A stretch of DNA of 63,256 nt from a virus (Duplodnaviria > Caudoviricetes). Each line of letters begins with the position of its first letter. The stretch's first letter is position 1. The DNA lies in IMG/VR virus record IMGVR_UViG_3300038621_000255, positions 1-63,256 of that record. One strand, given 5' to 3'. The notes under the pieces are model-generated. The model ran no database searches. It was not told the origin of the DNA and saw nothing but the letters and a program-made list of their open reading frames with translations. Shown piece by piece: positions 9,318 through 20,135 of this stretch. The translations under genes were made by a program, and so were the position numbers.

Positions 9318-10346
9318 ATGGGAATTATACAGATCCAAAACTTACCATTTCTGGCTTCGGAAAAGCGGTTCCGATTGCCCCACAATTATGTTTTTGGGGT
9401 TGAGGTGAGGGCGAATATTGCTGAATTTAAAACCCCTCGGGACTACGGGATCTTAGAGGAAAATGGGGACACGATTGTGCGGTGGTCGGAATTGGGCTTA
9501 ATCCCCTATAACGACTGGGTTTTGGTGAAGTGGGAAGATGGTGCTAATCAAAAGGAGAGGCTAGTCCAGTTTGGTGCCAATAGTGGGGACGTGGTATTGC
9601 CGGGAACATCCCTAACCAATATCCAGGTTATCCCGATTGAACTCCCATCCCTAACACGGGGCGAAGACTACGAAGTGGATACTCGCACCGGGTGGGTGAT
9701 ATCAAAACCAGATACCCGAATACAAGATAGCGAAGAAATTGCGATCTCCTACTCAGTGGGTGGGAAACTGCAATTCCTAGGAAATGAAGATATTTCCTTT
9801 GCCTCCCAGCAAGAAGCAGAACTATCGAATGCCCCGATCTGGGATCTAAAAGTCGATGGTTCCCCGCACCCCTTTGCCGATTATCGCGAGGGGATTATAC
9901 GCCAGGGTTCCTTACCCGCAACCGAATACAATGTCGAATATAAATACTCGACATTATCAACTTATACCACCGCTTACGACTACGAGCTAACTTTCGATTC
10001 CCCAGAGATTAATACTACACCCTACTCTTCCGTTTGGCAGGCGATTGAAAGTGCCCAATCCCTAGCCGAATCAATCTTTTTAGCAAACGAGATCGAACTT
10101 CCTACCCTGCCCCTAACAAGGGAGTGGCAATGGTTGACTGAGTTGTTGATCCCAATCGTACGGTACTTTCTGTTAGAACAACCGTACGAAATTGACGTAG
10201 AAAAATATAAGGAAGCTAAGGCAAGGCTAGAAAGGTCGATTCGTAAGAGTACGCGATCGCAAAGGAAAGGCACTATACGCAAACCCGAAAAGGTAGACTT
10301 TGGCTATTATTGGCGAAGAAGCTCAAGCTATCCTTTCAATCGTTAG
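9318..10346 (+). CDS. Structural protein, possible head-tail adaptor at C-terminus
   Basis: DYEVD..TG repeats; C-terminal IVRYFL..EKYKEAKARL resembles Mu gp36-like adaptors. Confidence 0.5.
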   Translation: MGIIQIQNLPFLASEKRFRLPHNYVFGVEVRANIAEFKTPRDYGILEENGDTIVRWSELGLIPYNDWVLVKWEDGANQKERLVQFGANSGDVVLPGTSLTNIQVIPIELPSLTRGEDYEVDTRTGWVISKPDTRIQDSEEIAISYSVGGKLQFLGNEDISFASQQEAELSNAPIWDLKVDGSPHPFADYREGIIRQGSLPATEYNVEYKYSTLSTYTTAYDYELTFDSPEINTTPYSSVWQAIESAQSLAESIFLANEIELPTLPLTREWQWLTELLIPIVRYFLLEQPYEIDVEKYKEAKARLERSIRKSTRSQRKGTIRKPEKVDFGYYWRRSSSYPFNR

Positions 10347-10839
10347 GGAGCTTGAGAGTAATCTAGAAATTCAAGATCTGGAGGGCAACTCCAAGCCTCT
10401 AAAAATCCGTTGGATCCAGGGGATTTCAGAGGAAGATTTCGCCCGAGGAATCGATTTCGAGTATTGCCTTTTGGCATTAAGTTATCTGGGCACTTTCCCC
10501 CAAAAAGAAATCGATTTGGGCGATACCTTGCAAGTTCCCCAAACGATCCAGTTTATTTCCACGGTGGGGATTAGAAACTCGTCCAGGCGACAAGGAAATC
10601 CAAACCCTGCAGAGGGGCTAAATATCGTTTATCAGATAAGAAGCCACATTTCTAGTTTCTATCCCTTTGGTTTGAATTACCATCGCCCGAGATTGAAGAA
10701 ACAAAGATACGGTACTGCAACGGATAGGGGGCAGATCCAAATTTACGAATTGGAATTTCATCTAGAATCACAATTCTTGCTAGAAACCGAAAGAGAACCC
10801 GATGGCCTCTTGCTGAAAAATACCGAATTTCTGGGATAA
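10300..10839 (+). CDS. Putative tail completion protein
   Basis: Synteny before sheath only. Confidence 0.45.
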   Translation: MAIIGEEAQAILSIVRELESNLEIQDLEGNSKPLKIRWIQGISEEDFARGIDFEYCLLALSYLGTFPQKEIDLGDTLQVPQTIQFISTVGIRNSSRRQGNPNPAEGLNIVYQIRSHISSFYPFGLNYHRPRLKKQRYGTATDRGQIQIYELEFHLESQFLLETEREPDGLLLKNTEFLG

Positions 10840-10927
10840 AACTACTATCCAGGAAGTATCCAAAATCCCGGTATGGCAATTGCACAGATGTTAATTTTAA
10901 ATAGATAGCTAGCTATTCTAAATAAAT

Positions 10928-12625
10928 ATGGCAGAAATACGCGGCGTAACTATTCAAGCGACACAACCACAACCGGTTGTGGTTTCCGAAGAGGGGGAAA
11001 AGATTGGTTTTGTCGGTACGGCACCCGTCCACAAATTGCCCTCGGGCGATGCCTCAATTGAGGAACTTAAACAAGTAAAATCAGAAGCTGATTTGGCTTC
11101 TAATTTCGGAGAATGGGAAAGGGGTTTCTCAATCCCAGAGTTCTACAGAATCCTTCAATTTTATTCTGTAAAAGAAGCTTACATCGTAAACATATTTAAT
11201 CCCGATACTCATACCGGTACAACCCAGGGCGCTTATACCCTAGATGATAATGCTGAGGTTACTTTTAACAAGGTAATTTCTGGCACAAATATTGCAGTTG
11301 AAGGGGTGACTTCAACCAGCGAAACCACAATAACCTGGTCTTCCAGCCAATACGATACGGGAAATCCTTATATTGATAACGTAGTTCTTCAAGATACCGG
11401 GAAAACCACAACCTACATCGAGGGTAAAGACTACACGATTTCGGGCGGCGTAATCACTGCCACTAGCTACGGAGATATTGATACCAACAACGATGCCCTG
11501 CTCTCCTACGATGCCCCAGATGGTGTTGCTTTGACCGCAGGCACCGATTACACAGTAACCCGAGAAGATGTGATCGATCCCGATACGGACAGCCCTTATA
11601 ATACTCCTTATACTTACGAGAATATTACCTTAAGCTTTTCCTCCCTAAGTGCAGGGGCGAAGGCATGGATCGCCTACGATCACGCCTCTCCTAAATTTGT
11701 TACAGCGAGCGACATCGTGGGTGCGGTAGCTAATGATGGTACCCGCACGGGGATGGAATTGCTCGACGAGAATCTATCCTTCTTTGGATTTGAACTTACA
11801 CAACTAGCCGCCGATTTGGATACGGAAAGCGCTGTAGTTACCGCACTGGAAACCAAAGCCAATGACCTTAGAGCGCAAGCCCACGTCACGGCTAAACCAA
11901 TGGCATTTACTGACGAGCTAGTTGCGGGGCGTAGCTCCAGTTCAGGCGTATACGTGGATAATGTTTTCACTTCCGATCCTCGCGTGATTTTGTACGCCGA
12001 TCATATCTACAATCAAGCTCCCGACAACAATACCATTCTGCAACCCTTGGGGTGGCATGGCATCGCCGCCCGGAAACGCAGAACCGATAGGCTAGGGTTT
12101 TGGTGGAGTTACTCATCATCTCCAATTGAGGGTATTACAAGACCTGAAATCCTACGGACAATCAGCCGAAACGATGCGTCTGCTGATAACAATACTCTGG
12201 TTGATGCGGGATACGTTACGATTTTCCGGCGATTCGGCTCAGGGTACCAATTTGATGGAAACTACAATGCTTCGCACCCAGAGGTTTCCGACGGCACCCA
12301 ATTCCAAGCTGTACAAAACGCCAGGGATACAATCTTACGTACCCTGCAACGGTTTGCTGAAAATTATCTAGACAAGCCTCTAACAAGGGTTCAAACAACT
12401 TCCCTCACCGGAGAAACATCCGACTACTTAGACAACCTTGCCAACCCAGAAAGAGCTACCGGGCAGGCGATCGCAGAGGGCTCTGCTACAGCAGATATTC
12501 CGGAGAATGACGAGAGTGCCCGTGCGCAAGGTATCTTATATGTTTTGGTTCGGATTGGTTATCTAACACCAATTAATTCAATTGTGCTAATCGAAGAGAC
12601 TATCCAAACCAGTGTTTCTAGCTAA
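10928..12625 (+). CDS. Contractile tail sheath protein
   Basis: IGFVGTAP, DIVG..RTGM, GFWWSYS, P2 FI-like C-terminus. Confidence 0.9.
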   Translation: MAEIRGVTIQATQPQPVVVSEEGEKIGFVGTAPVHKLPSGDASIEELKQVKSEADLASNFGEWERGFSIPEFYRILQFYSVKEAYIVNIFNPDTHTGTTQGAYTLDDNAEVTFNKVISGTNIAVEGVTSTSETTITWSSSQYDTGNPYIDNVVLQDTGKTTTYIEGKDYTISGGVITATSYGDIDTNNDALLSYDAPDGVALTAGTDYTVTREDVIDPDTDSPYNTPYTYENITLSFSSLSAGAKAWIAYDHASPKFVTASDIVGAVANDGTRTGMELLDENLSFFGFELTQLAADLDTESAVVTALETKANDLRAQAHVTAKPMAFTDELVAGRSSSSGVYVDNVFTSDPRVILYADHIYNQAPDNNTILQPLGWHGIAARKRRTDRLGFWWSYSSSPIEGITRPEILRTISRNDASADNNTLVDAGYVTIFRRFGSGYQFDGNYNASHPEVSDGTQFQAVQNARDTILRTLQRFAENYLDKPLTRVQTTSLTGETSDYLDNLANPERATGQAIAEGSATADIPENDESARAQGILYVLVRIGYLTPINSIVLIEETIQTSVSS

Positions 12626-12639
12626 TTAAAGGAGGATAA

Positions 12640-13152
12640 ATGCCGGTAATTAACGAAACGCAACTAGGGGCTACCTGGCTTATTGATGGGAATGAGCTTC
12701 CCGTAGGTCAACAAGTAAACTCTTTCGAGGCAAATATTCCCGTTAATCAAGAAAGTTACGAAGCTCTTTCTAAATTATTTGCGGTAGAAATGACCACGAG
12801 TATCGGACCCATGGAGGGTTCGATCACTTGGGCTTCTATGCCTGATTTCCTAAGCTCAATCACTAGGGATTGGCGTACCGTCCACCATCTAATCCTATCT
12901 GGGAACGTAGTTACAGAAACATCTAAATCCACGACCGATAAAATTGTGAAAAGAGTATTTGACCTTTGGTTTACATTCAAAGACGAATTACCTTTAGGTT
13001 CCCGGGAACACGGTACTCCGGCGGAATACGAAAGTACTTTAAATATAAGAAGCATAATTTCTTACGACGATGGGGTAGAACGGTTCGCTTTCAATCCCTA
13101 TGAAGAGATTTCGCGCATTGATGGTGTAGATGTTGTGCTACCCTTGAAATAA
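12640..13152 (+). CDS. Tail tube protein
   Basis: 170 aa after sheath; IDGVD ending as in P2 FII-like tubes. Confidence 0.75.
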   Translation: MPVINETQLGATWLIDGNELPVGQQVNSFEANIPVNQESYEALSKLFAVEMTTSIGPMEGSITWASMPDFLSSITRDWRTVHHLILSGNVVTETSKSTTDKIVKRVFDLWFTFKDELPLGSREHGTPAEYESTLNIRSIISYDDGVERFAFNPYEEISRIDGVDVVLPLK

Positions 13153-13173
13153 GTAAAGATTTAACGCCTACAT

Positions 13174-13902
13174 ATGTCCGAAAAGAATAATCAGCAACAA
13201 CAGGAAATCGATACCCACCAAGGGGGTAACCAACCAGCGTTCGCCAACTATAAAAAGGTCCAAGTATACCCCGACCCTCTAGACGATGAGGATTTCGATC
13301 CCGACGAAAGGGTAATCTATGCCTTGGAGGATCCTCCGGGGTCTTATTTTTGGCAATATAAATACCTGGCGGCGCATCAATCAGAGAATTCAAACCAAGC
13401 TGAAGAGTGGCTTTTAGCAAATATCCTTTTCTTGGAAGGTGAGGAGGATCAATCTATCGGGATGCGTCGATTCTCGACTGAGTACCCATTTCAAGATTTC
13501 CAAGCTTATGCCTATATGAAAGGGTACGTGGATATGGTTTTGAGCGCCCCGTATGGCACTGGGCATCGGATTGTGATAAGTAAAAGAAACGAACAAGGGG
13601 AACCCATTTTGGCGACTACTGATAGCGGCAAAGAGATATCGGTAGCACCCAATTTGACTGCCTCCCAAGGGCAAACCTACTTCAATTATTTACAGGAGTC
13701 CGCAACGAAAGCATTTAAATATATCCTTACACAAGCATTTAAATTAAATGGCCGATTAATCGAACCGGAACAATTACCGAAAAGAAATAAGAATACAGGG
13801 ATTTTCGAGGGAGGCGATCCGGAGCTAACTTGGAAGGTTTACACTGTTTGCGAAGCCTATTTTTTAAAAACCTACTTAAAACCGTATCTAAGCAAGACTT
13901 GA
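13174..13902 (+). CDS. Tail assembly chaperone
   Basis: Between tube and tape measure; slippery site near 3' end. Confidence 0.6.
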   Translation: MSEKNNQQQQEIDTHQGGNQPAFANYKKVQVYPDPLDDEDFDPDERVIYALEDPPGSYFWQYKYLAAHQSENSNQAEEWLLANILFLEGEEDQSIGMRRFSTEYPFQDFQAYAYMKGYVDMVLSAPYGTGHRIVISKRNEQGEPILATTDSGKEISVAPNLTASQGQTYFNYLQESATKAFKYILTQAFKLNGRLIEPEQLPKRNKNTGIFEGGDPELTWKVYTVCEAYFLKTYLKPYLSKT

Positions 13903-14057
13903 TATTTCTAATGTGGACATCAAAAGGGGGATTAAGTATTCAATACTTAGAAAATCTCCCTATTCCAGAATTGGAGGCTTGGATAGAAGCCTCCAATTCT
14001 TTTTTAGAGAAGATTTATCCCAAGGAGGGAAAGGGAAATGGCAACCGTCGAGCTTGA
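13860..14057 (+). CDS. -1 frameshift extension of tail chaperone (gpE+E'-like)
   Basis: T TTT TTA at 13860-13866; -1 frame open to 14057 (LENLPIPELEAWIE). Confidence 0.65.
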   Translation, partial: FFKNLLKTVSKQDLIFLMWTSKGGLSIQYLENLPIPELEAWIEASNSFLEKIYPKEGKGNGNRRA

Positions 14058-17000
14058 ATTTAGGGCTGATACAGCTAATGCTACCTCGGCTGTGCGCCGC
14101 ATTGCTGAAACCACCCAGCGAATACAGGGAGCAGCACGCCGCGCTCAAAGGGGTATTGCTGGAATCAGCGATAGAGCAGGAGAGGGGCGAACGGCTGTCA
14201 AACGTTTGCGGCGGAGTTTTGAGGATGTCCGGTCGGCTGCGGAACAAATCTGGACGGCTGACCTAGCCTCACAGTTTACAGGTTTCTTTACAGATGCCGT
14301 ACAGGGAGCTATGGAATTCCAGGAAGCACTTACTCAGATAGGTAAGGTAGGGGGTGCTTCTGTAGAACAAATGGAAGCATTGGCCGATCCTTCCCGACGG
14401 ATAGATCCTTCAACCTTAGCCCCTAATGAGTTGAATATGGGGAAAGTCAAGGCTAAGATCGCCGAAATTAACCAGCGGTCTAGTTTTACAAAGCATCAGA
14501 TTGCCGGGATTATGGAAGAGGTTGCCAAGCTAGGTGTGCGCTCACCCAAGGAATTAGGTAAGTTTGTGGATTTAATGGAAGAAGCGGGGACAGCGTTTGA
14601 TATTGATGCTTCAAAAGTAACCAACCAAATGGGCAAGTTAGGGAATATATTTGGAATTATCGATGCTGAAGCAGGCACTGTAGATATTGAGCGGTTACGT
14701 GCGTTTGGAAACTCCTTGAACAATGTAGCTGACAATATGGCTTCGGTGACCGAACGAGAGATACTAGACTTTGCAGAAAGATCAGGGGGCGTTGGTAAGG
14801 TTGCCGGTATAAGTGAGACTCAAATCACAGCGATTGGTGGTGCTTTCAAGTCAATGGGGGTTGAAACAGAACGGGCATCAACAGCTTTCAAGAATTTTAT
14901 TTTGGCTGGTATGGGGGCTGCGAGTAACAGGGATCGGCAGTTCTTCGAGCAGATAAGTAAGCAAATGGGAGTAACTGCCAACCAAGCAGAAAAAATTGGA
15001 GATAAAGCCGGACGTGCCTTCAAAACCTTAGGCATTGATGTCAGGAAATTCCAGAGCTTAATGGAAGGGGGGAAAGGTGCAGAAGCTTTAGTACATTTTC
15101 TGGAGACTGCAAAAGCTAAAAGTAAGGAAACGGGTAAGAGCATTAAAGAGCTGAGCGCTTTTGGGGCACTTTCAAATATTCTCGGGAAAGGACAGGCTGA
15201 TATCTTCGCCACTGCATTCCAGAACGTAGACCAGCTCAAGCGAGCATTAAAACTCGCTAATGATGGTGCTGAGGGTCTAGGAAATACTTTGGCTGGTACC
15301 TTCGCACTAAGGGGAACAACAGCCCAAGCAGCTCTGGATGGGTTAGAGAGCGAACTAAAAAATATAAAAGGGGCACTAGGATCGGCTCTAGTGCCTACCG
15401 TACAATCGGCAGCACAGGGATTAAACGACCTGCTAGACCCCGTGCGCAAGTTCCTATCCAATAACCAAGCCATGGTTGCTTCCATAATCAAGGGTACTGC
15501 AGCCTTTATCGGTGCAAACGGTGCGGTGCTCGGTTTTCATGTGGGCATTACTGCCTTAGCCACCGCAACGAAGGTACTAGCCGGAGCTTGGGGAAGGGCT
15601 ACAATTGGCGCTATCCGGTTTGGAAGTGCCCTAAACAAAATTGCACAAGCTAGGTTGGTTACAAACTTTTCCTCTTTAGCGGGGCAAATTCCTGTGGTTG
15701 GTGGACGGTTAAACCAGTTGGCAGGGAAACTATCTGCCCTAAATCAAGCACCAGCTAAAAGGAGTACTTACCAACGGATAGGAACGAGTATTACAAGTGG
15801 CTTGTCAACTATTCCCCCTGCGGCTGCTTCCGCTCGAAGTGGGCTAGGAAGGGTTATTGGATCGCTGCGGAAAACCAGAGATGCAGGAAATGCAGCGAAA
15901 GGTTCCCTGAAAAATTTAGGATCTATTTTTTCAAAGGTAGGAGGTGCTGCAGGAAGTATAGCAACAGGAGCAGAAGGAATAGCAGCGAATGCAATTGTAG
16001 AAGGTGTGTCTGGTTCGAGAGATAGGAATTCAGAGACTAAGCCCTATCGGCGATTAAGGGATCAAATGGGGCGAGTTTCCCAAACCTCCCAACGTATGAG
16101 GGGATCTGTTCGGCGATCCTTCTCAGGTGCTTCTGAATCTGCTAAGGACTTCTTCGCTTCCCTATCAGGGAGATCGGCTCTAAAATCTTTCGCTTCGCAA
16201 TCCACTTTTGCTGCCATGGGGGCAACTTCCTTGGGGACACAAGCCGCAGTAGCTTCGGGCGGCGTGACTAGTTTGGGAGTCGCTTCCCAAACAACTGCAA
16301 CCAGGGCGGCAACATTAGGGGCAAAAGTAAGGATGGCTGCCGCTTCCTTTGCTACTTGGGCACCCGCAATCGCAGGGGCAGTCGCAGGTATTGCTGGCCT
16401 GGTAGGGGCAGTGAAACTCCTACAAAAGCACCTAGGAAACATGGAGAAAGAAAGGGAGAACCTGGAAGAAATAGGCAATCGGAAAGCCACCCAAGGATTG
16501 GCAAATGATGTTGGCAAACTGGCGAACCGGATGCGCGAAAGTGGGAAGGCTTTGCCCGAAAAGAAATTCAAAAGCCACGTGAAATTCTTAGAGAAAATGC
16601 AGAAAAAATATGGCGGGTTAGAAAATCACATAAAAAGCTTCAAAAATCTACAAAATGAATTGCAATCCACGGGTGCAGGCACTCTGCAAGGACCAGAAGC
16701 CGATCTTGGTAAAAGCAAGAAGCAATTGCAGTTGATGGCAGAAGCTAGGAAGCAACAGCAAAAAACCGGACCGGAAAACCCCTTTGATTTCAGCATGGAG
16801 GATATTCCTTCAATCGAAGAGATGGCGAGGGGCTACATGAGTATTGTAAACCGGGCCACTTCTACCCTAAAAAATGGCTGGACTGTGGTTTGGCAGTGGG
16901 TGAAAAATATTGGAAATCAACTACAAAGGGCACTCCAAATTGTAAACATTAAGTGGAAGCAGGTAAGGAATTCTGTTACCAATTTAGGAAAAGATATCGC

Positions 17001-18864
17001 TAGTGGTATCCCCGGACCTTTGAAAAAAGCTTTCAAAACTGCTGTTTCTTGGTTGCAAGAAAAAATCAAATCAATATTTAATAATATCCCAGGACTCGAT
17101 AGATTCATTAAATCCCACAAAGAGCAAGAAAATATAGCAAAGGCAACACAGAGCGGTACTGCGGATCTATCCAAAGAAACAACAAAGCAATTAACGGAGG
17201 CAGACAAAGTAGCAGATAAAGCAGCAACGCAAAGCCCGGTTGATATTGACCCTGCTAAAATACAGACCCAACTGTCCTTGCTAAAAAGCTTAAATAGGAC
17301 TTGGAAAAATAAAGCTGAAACAGCAAAGAGCGATCCGGCAAAGAATAGATTCCAAGGTGAATCAAAAGCTATTGAGGCACAAATAAAACGACTGAAAGAT
17401 CTAATAAAACTCAAGAAAAAAGCAGCTAGCACAAAAATCTCAGGCACCCAAACTCAAGAAGAGGCTGTCGGTGGTGCGGCGACAGATACGCTAGGAACGC
17501 AGAAACCCAAGCCCGTACAGCAACAGGTGCAACAGCAGGTACAACAACAGGTGCGGACCCAACAACAGCAACCACCACAAGCACCCCAGCCGCCAGCACC
17601 TAAAGTGCAACCAGCACCGCAGAAAGTAACCCAGCAAGCGCAGCAGGCAAAGCGAGGGGCACAACAGGCACAAGCACTGGTTACACAGGCAAAACAACAG
17701 GTGACTCAAGCAAAACAGGGATCGCAGCAAGCGCAAAAACAAGCAACCCAAGTACAGCAACAGGCACAGCAAGCCAAGCAAAAAGCTGCCCAAGTGCAGC
17801 AGCAGCTAACCCAATTAAAAACAAAAATCACCCAATCTCTACGAACTTTAGGACCGAAAATTAAAACTGTGTTGCAAACTTCGTTGCAACAGGTTATTCC
17901 CATTGTTCGGCAGAATATTAATCGGATTAAGCAAGAATTTCAAAAGCTAAGTACGCAGATAATTCCTCTGCTCAACCGTGCCTTTTTGCGAATGAAGATC
18001 GCCGTTATGACCTCCATGATGGGCATCGTGACGACGGTCCGATCTTCGGTGCAAAGGATTATACAACAATTCAATAAAGTTGGTCCTCAGGCGCTGCAGG
18101 CAGGGCTGGCGATTGGAAGGAATTTTGCGCAGGGAATCCGGCAAAGTAAGGGGCAAATATCGGCGGCGGCAGATGCGATGGCGGCGGAAGCACGTGCAGC
18201 GATGCCCGGTTCAAACGCAGAAAGAGGACCGCTAAGCGATTTGCTCAGTACGGGACCAGCATTGGTGGAAAGTTTCGCCAAAGGAATTAAACCATCGTCC
18301 CAGCTTCGCCACCAACTAAATGCAATTGCCGGGCAAGCGAGGGAGGCGCTAAATATAGAGCCTTCTGCCCCGGACAATCGCGGATTGTTCCAACAGCGAT
18401 TCGGGGTAGACCAGCAGCCTGAGGTAAGAACCCAACAACCGAATACACCCACTTTGCAAGGGCTAGGTTCTTTGGTGCAGAAATTTGGGGTACTGCAGAA
18501 GCCCGAAATCATAACTGAGCAACCCAATCTGCCCTCAATTTCTCGAAATTTAGGCACCTTTTCTCAACGATTCGGAATCAATAGGCAGGGAGAAGAAACT
18601 AACGAAGAATCCCGCCCAAGGGGACTACAAACCCGACCTGCTTTCCCATCGGGACAGCAGCAGAATGTAACGCAACAACAGAACCAGAATCGAAATACAG
18701 TGCGATCGCAGCCAACGGTAACTGTGAATTTAACTGTGCACGCCACTGATAACGAAAACTTGATCACCAGGATTCGAGAATCGGCTAGCGACTTGGCAGA
18801 TACCCTTGTCGAGGAATTAGGAAGAAGGGAGGAATTGAACTTCGGTGGTGGATTACCAGATTAA
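14038..18864 (+). CDS. Tail tape measure protein
   Basis: 1608 aa, TP901-like N-terminal region, Q/A-rich repeats, PGS.A..GPLSDL motif. Confidence 0.92.
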   Translation: MATVELEFRADTANATSAVRRIAETTQRIQGAARRAQRGIAGISDRAGEGRTAVKRLRRSFEDVRSAAEQIWTADLASQFTGFFTDAVQGAMEFQEALTQIGKVGGASVEQMEALADPSRRIDPSTLAPNELNMGKVKAKIAEINQRSSFTKHQIAGIMEEVAKLGVRSPKELGKFVDLMEEAGTAFDIDASKVTNQMGKLGNIFGIIDAEAGTVDIERLRAFGNSLNNVADNMASVTEREILDFAERSGGVGKVAGISETQITAIGGAFKSMGVETERASTAFKNFILAGMGAASNRDRQFFEQISKQMGVTANQAEKIGDKAGRAFKTLGIDVRKFQSLMEGGKGAEALVHFLETAKAKSKETGKSIKELSAFGALSNILGKGQADIFATAFQNVDQLKRALKLANDGAEGLGNTLAGTFALRGTTAQAALDGLESELKNIKGALGSALVPTVQSAAQGLNDLLDPVRKFLSNNQAMVASIIKGTAAFIGANGAVLGFHVGITALATATKVLAGAWGRATIGAIRFGSALNKIAQARLVTNFSSLAGQIPVVGGRLNQLAGKLSALNQAPAKRSTYQRIGTSITSGLSTIPPAAASARSGLGRVIGSLRKTRDAGNAAKGSLKNLGSIFSKVGGAAGSIATGAEGIAANAIVEGVSGSRDRNSETKPYRRLRDQMGRVSQTSQRMRGSVRRSFSGASESAKDFFASLSGRSALKSFASQSTFAAMGATSLGTQAAVASGGVTSLGVASQTTATRAATLGAKVRMAAASFATWAPAIAGAVAGIAGLVGAVKLLQKHLGNMEKERENLEEIGNRKATQGLANDVGKLANRMRESGKALPEKKFKSHVKFLEKMQKKYGGLENHIKSFKNLQNELQSTGAGTLQGPEADLGKSKKQLQLMAEARKQQQKTGPENPFDFSMEDIPSIEEMARGYMSIVNRATSTLKNGWTVVWQWVKNIGNQLQRALQIVNIKWKQVRNSVTNLGKDIASGIPGPLKKAFKTAVSWLQEKIKSIFNNIPGLDRFIKSHKEQENIAKATQSGTADLSKETTKQLTEADKVADKAATQSPVDIDPAKIQTQLSLLKSLNRTWKNKAETAKSDPAKNRFQGESKAIEAQIKRLKDLIKLKKKAASTKISGTQTQEEAVGGAATDTLGTQKPKPVQQQVQQQVQQQVRTQQQQPPQAPQPPAPKVQPAPQKVTQQAQQAKRGAQQAQALVTQAKQQVTQAKQGSQQAQKQATQVQQQAQQAKQKAAQVQQQLTQLKTKITQSLRTLGPKIKTVLQTSLQQVIPIVRQNINRIKQEFQKLSTQIIPLLNRAFLRMKIAVMTSMMGIVTTVRSSVQRIIQQFNKVGPQALQAGLAIGRNFAQGIRQSKGQISAAADAMAAEARAAMPGSNAERGPLSDLLSTGPALVESFAKGIKPSSQLRHQLNAIAGQAREALNIEPSAPDNRGLFQQRFGVDQQPEVRTQQPNTPTLQGLGSLVQKFGVLQKPEIITEQPNLPSISRNLGTFSQRFGINRQGEETNEESRPRGLQTRPAFPSGQQQNVTQQQNQNRNTVRSQPTVTVNLTVHATDNENLITRIRESASDLADTLVEELGRREELNFGGGLPD

Positions 18865-18899
18865 TGTTCGTGGTGTTACAACGCCTCTGCCAGATCTAC

Positions 18900-19200
18900 C
18901 TAAAATCCCCTCTGTGTGGAGATTACAGCAAATATTACAGGATATATTACCCGATCTAGTAATACTGTAATAAAATCCAAAATCTGCATGGTTGAGGGAT
19001 TACAGCGATCCGCATAAACCCGGTTCGTAATACCCTAGAATAAACCCCATTTTGCTCCCTAATCTCCTGTACGTGGTGGTTCCAGCGTTTTTACCTTCTA
19101 AAATTGCTGGAATATTATATTTATTACAGTGGTTGTAGCCCCTCTAAAATCTCCTGTGTGTGGAGATTATGGGTTATTCTATTTTTTATTACGGGTAGTT
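18900..19200. repeat. ATTAC-rich locus B containing left arm (18910-19013) of 104-bp inverted repeat
   Basis: 18910-19013 is the exact reverse complement of 43693-43796. Confidence 0.92.
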
Positions 19201-19238
19201 TGGTGTATAGTGTTTGAAGGTGTTTAGGGATTAGTTTT

Positions 19239-19484
19239 ATGCAGATCGATTACCTTCAATATAATAAGTTTTTGGCATCTCTTCCCTCTGCTGAGTATCG
19301 CCAGTTCTTAGCAGAGAGATTGACCCCCTCTTTCTGCGCTCGTGATTCGCGAGGGGCGTGGTGGCTGGAATGGCAGTGGGAAAAGGATAAACTGGCTATT
19401 GTTTTTACCTATTGCTCTAAGGATGGGATGCCTATTCGCCGGCAATTTTTACTTCAAGGGTTTGTAAATCAGTTTGCGAAATAA
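19239..19484 (+). CDS. Hypothetical protein
   Basis: ATG ORF heading the replication module. Confidence 0.5.
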   Translation: MQIDYLQYNKFLASLPSAEYRQFLAERLTPSFCARDSRGAWWLEWQWEKDKLAIVFTYCSKDGMPIRRQFLLQGFVNQFAK

Positions 19485-19532
19485 TTTTTCTTAGGCTAAA
19501 ATTTAAGTGACAGCATATTGGTAGGTATTTTT

Positions 19533-20042
19533 ATGCAGACACGTGTTGGCACTCCTGCATTGGATGAAAGAGACCGCAGGGCACAAAAACTGCGATTTCG
19601 TTCCCAAAAAAGGGAACGAAGGAAAAGGGCCTTAGAAAGCGAACCCCCTTTGGTTTCTCGTTCCCGGATGGGGGTCATGGATTCTATACGAAAAGAGCGA
19701 CCCATTCTTTTGTCTGATGTACTTTGTGGGGAAGATTTATTTCCCGATCTCCCCAGCTCGTACAAGAAACTTCTCCGAGTTTCCTCCGAAACTGGATTCC
19801 GTGTTACTACGCTTCGGAATTGGGTTTCGGGTAGGTTCTTCCCAAGGTTGAACATAGAGGTGTTGAGCGCACTTCTATACTACTTTGGTGTGGATTTCGA
19901 TTGTTTCGTTGAGGCTTTGCAAAATAGCCGAAAAGTACAGAATTTGCGTCCATTTGATCCAAATCGGAGGGCAAAGCACCCCCCTCTATCGCAAGCTTTT
20001 GTGGATAGGTTGGAGACAGAACGCCAGAAACTCAAGGGATAA
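19533..20042 (+). CDS. Xre-like HTH DNA-binding protein
   Basis: VSSETGFRVTTLRNWVSGRFFPRL helix-turn-helix pattern. Confidence 0.7.
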   Translation: MQTRVGTPALDERDRRAQKLRFRSQKRERRKRALESEPPLVSRSRMGVMDSIRKERPILLSDVLCGEDLFPDLPSSYKKLLRVSSETGFRVTTLRNWVSGRFFPRLNIEVLSALLYYFGVDFDCFVEALQNSRKVQNLRPFDPNRRAKHPPLSQAFVDRLETERQKLKG

Positions 20043-20135
20043 AATAAAAATCCCCCACACCTTTTCTCTTGGGCGTGGGGGTATTAAAATAGTGGGAAGA
20101 TACAAGTACATACATATACATATTTTTATAGTACT

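Noticed and set aside
17500-17830. CAG/CAA-rich repeats as a separate element
   Set aside because: They encode Q-rich repeats inside the tape measure protein
14496-18767. Long antisense ORFs opposite the tape measure and other large genes
   Set aside because: Shadow frames without RBS or recognisable motifs
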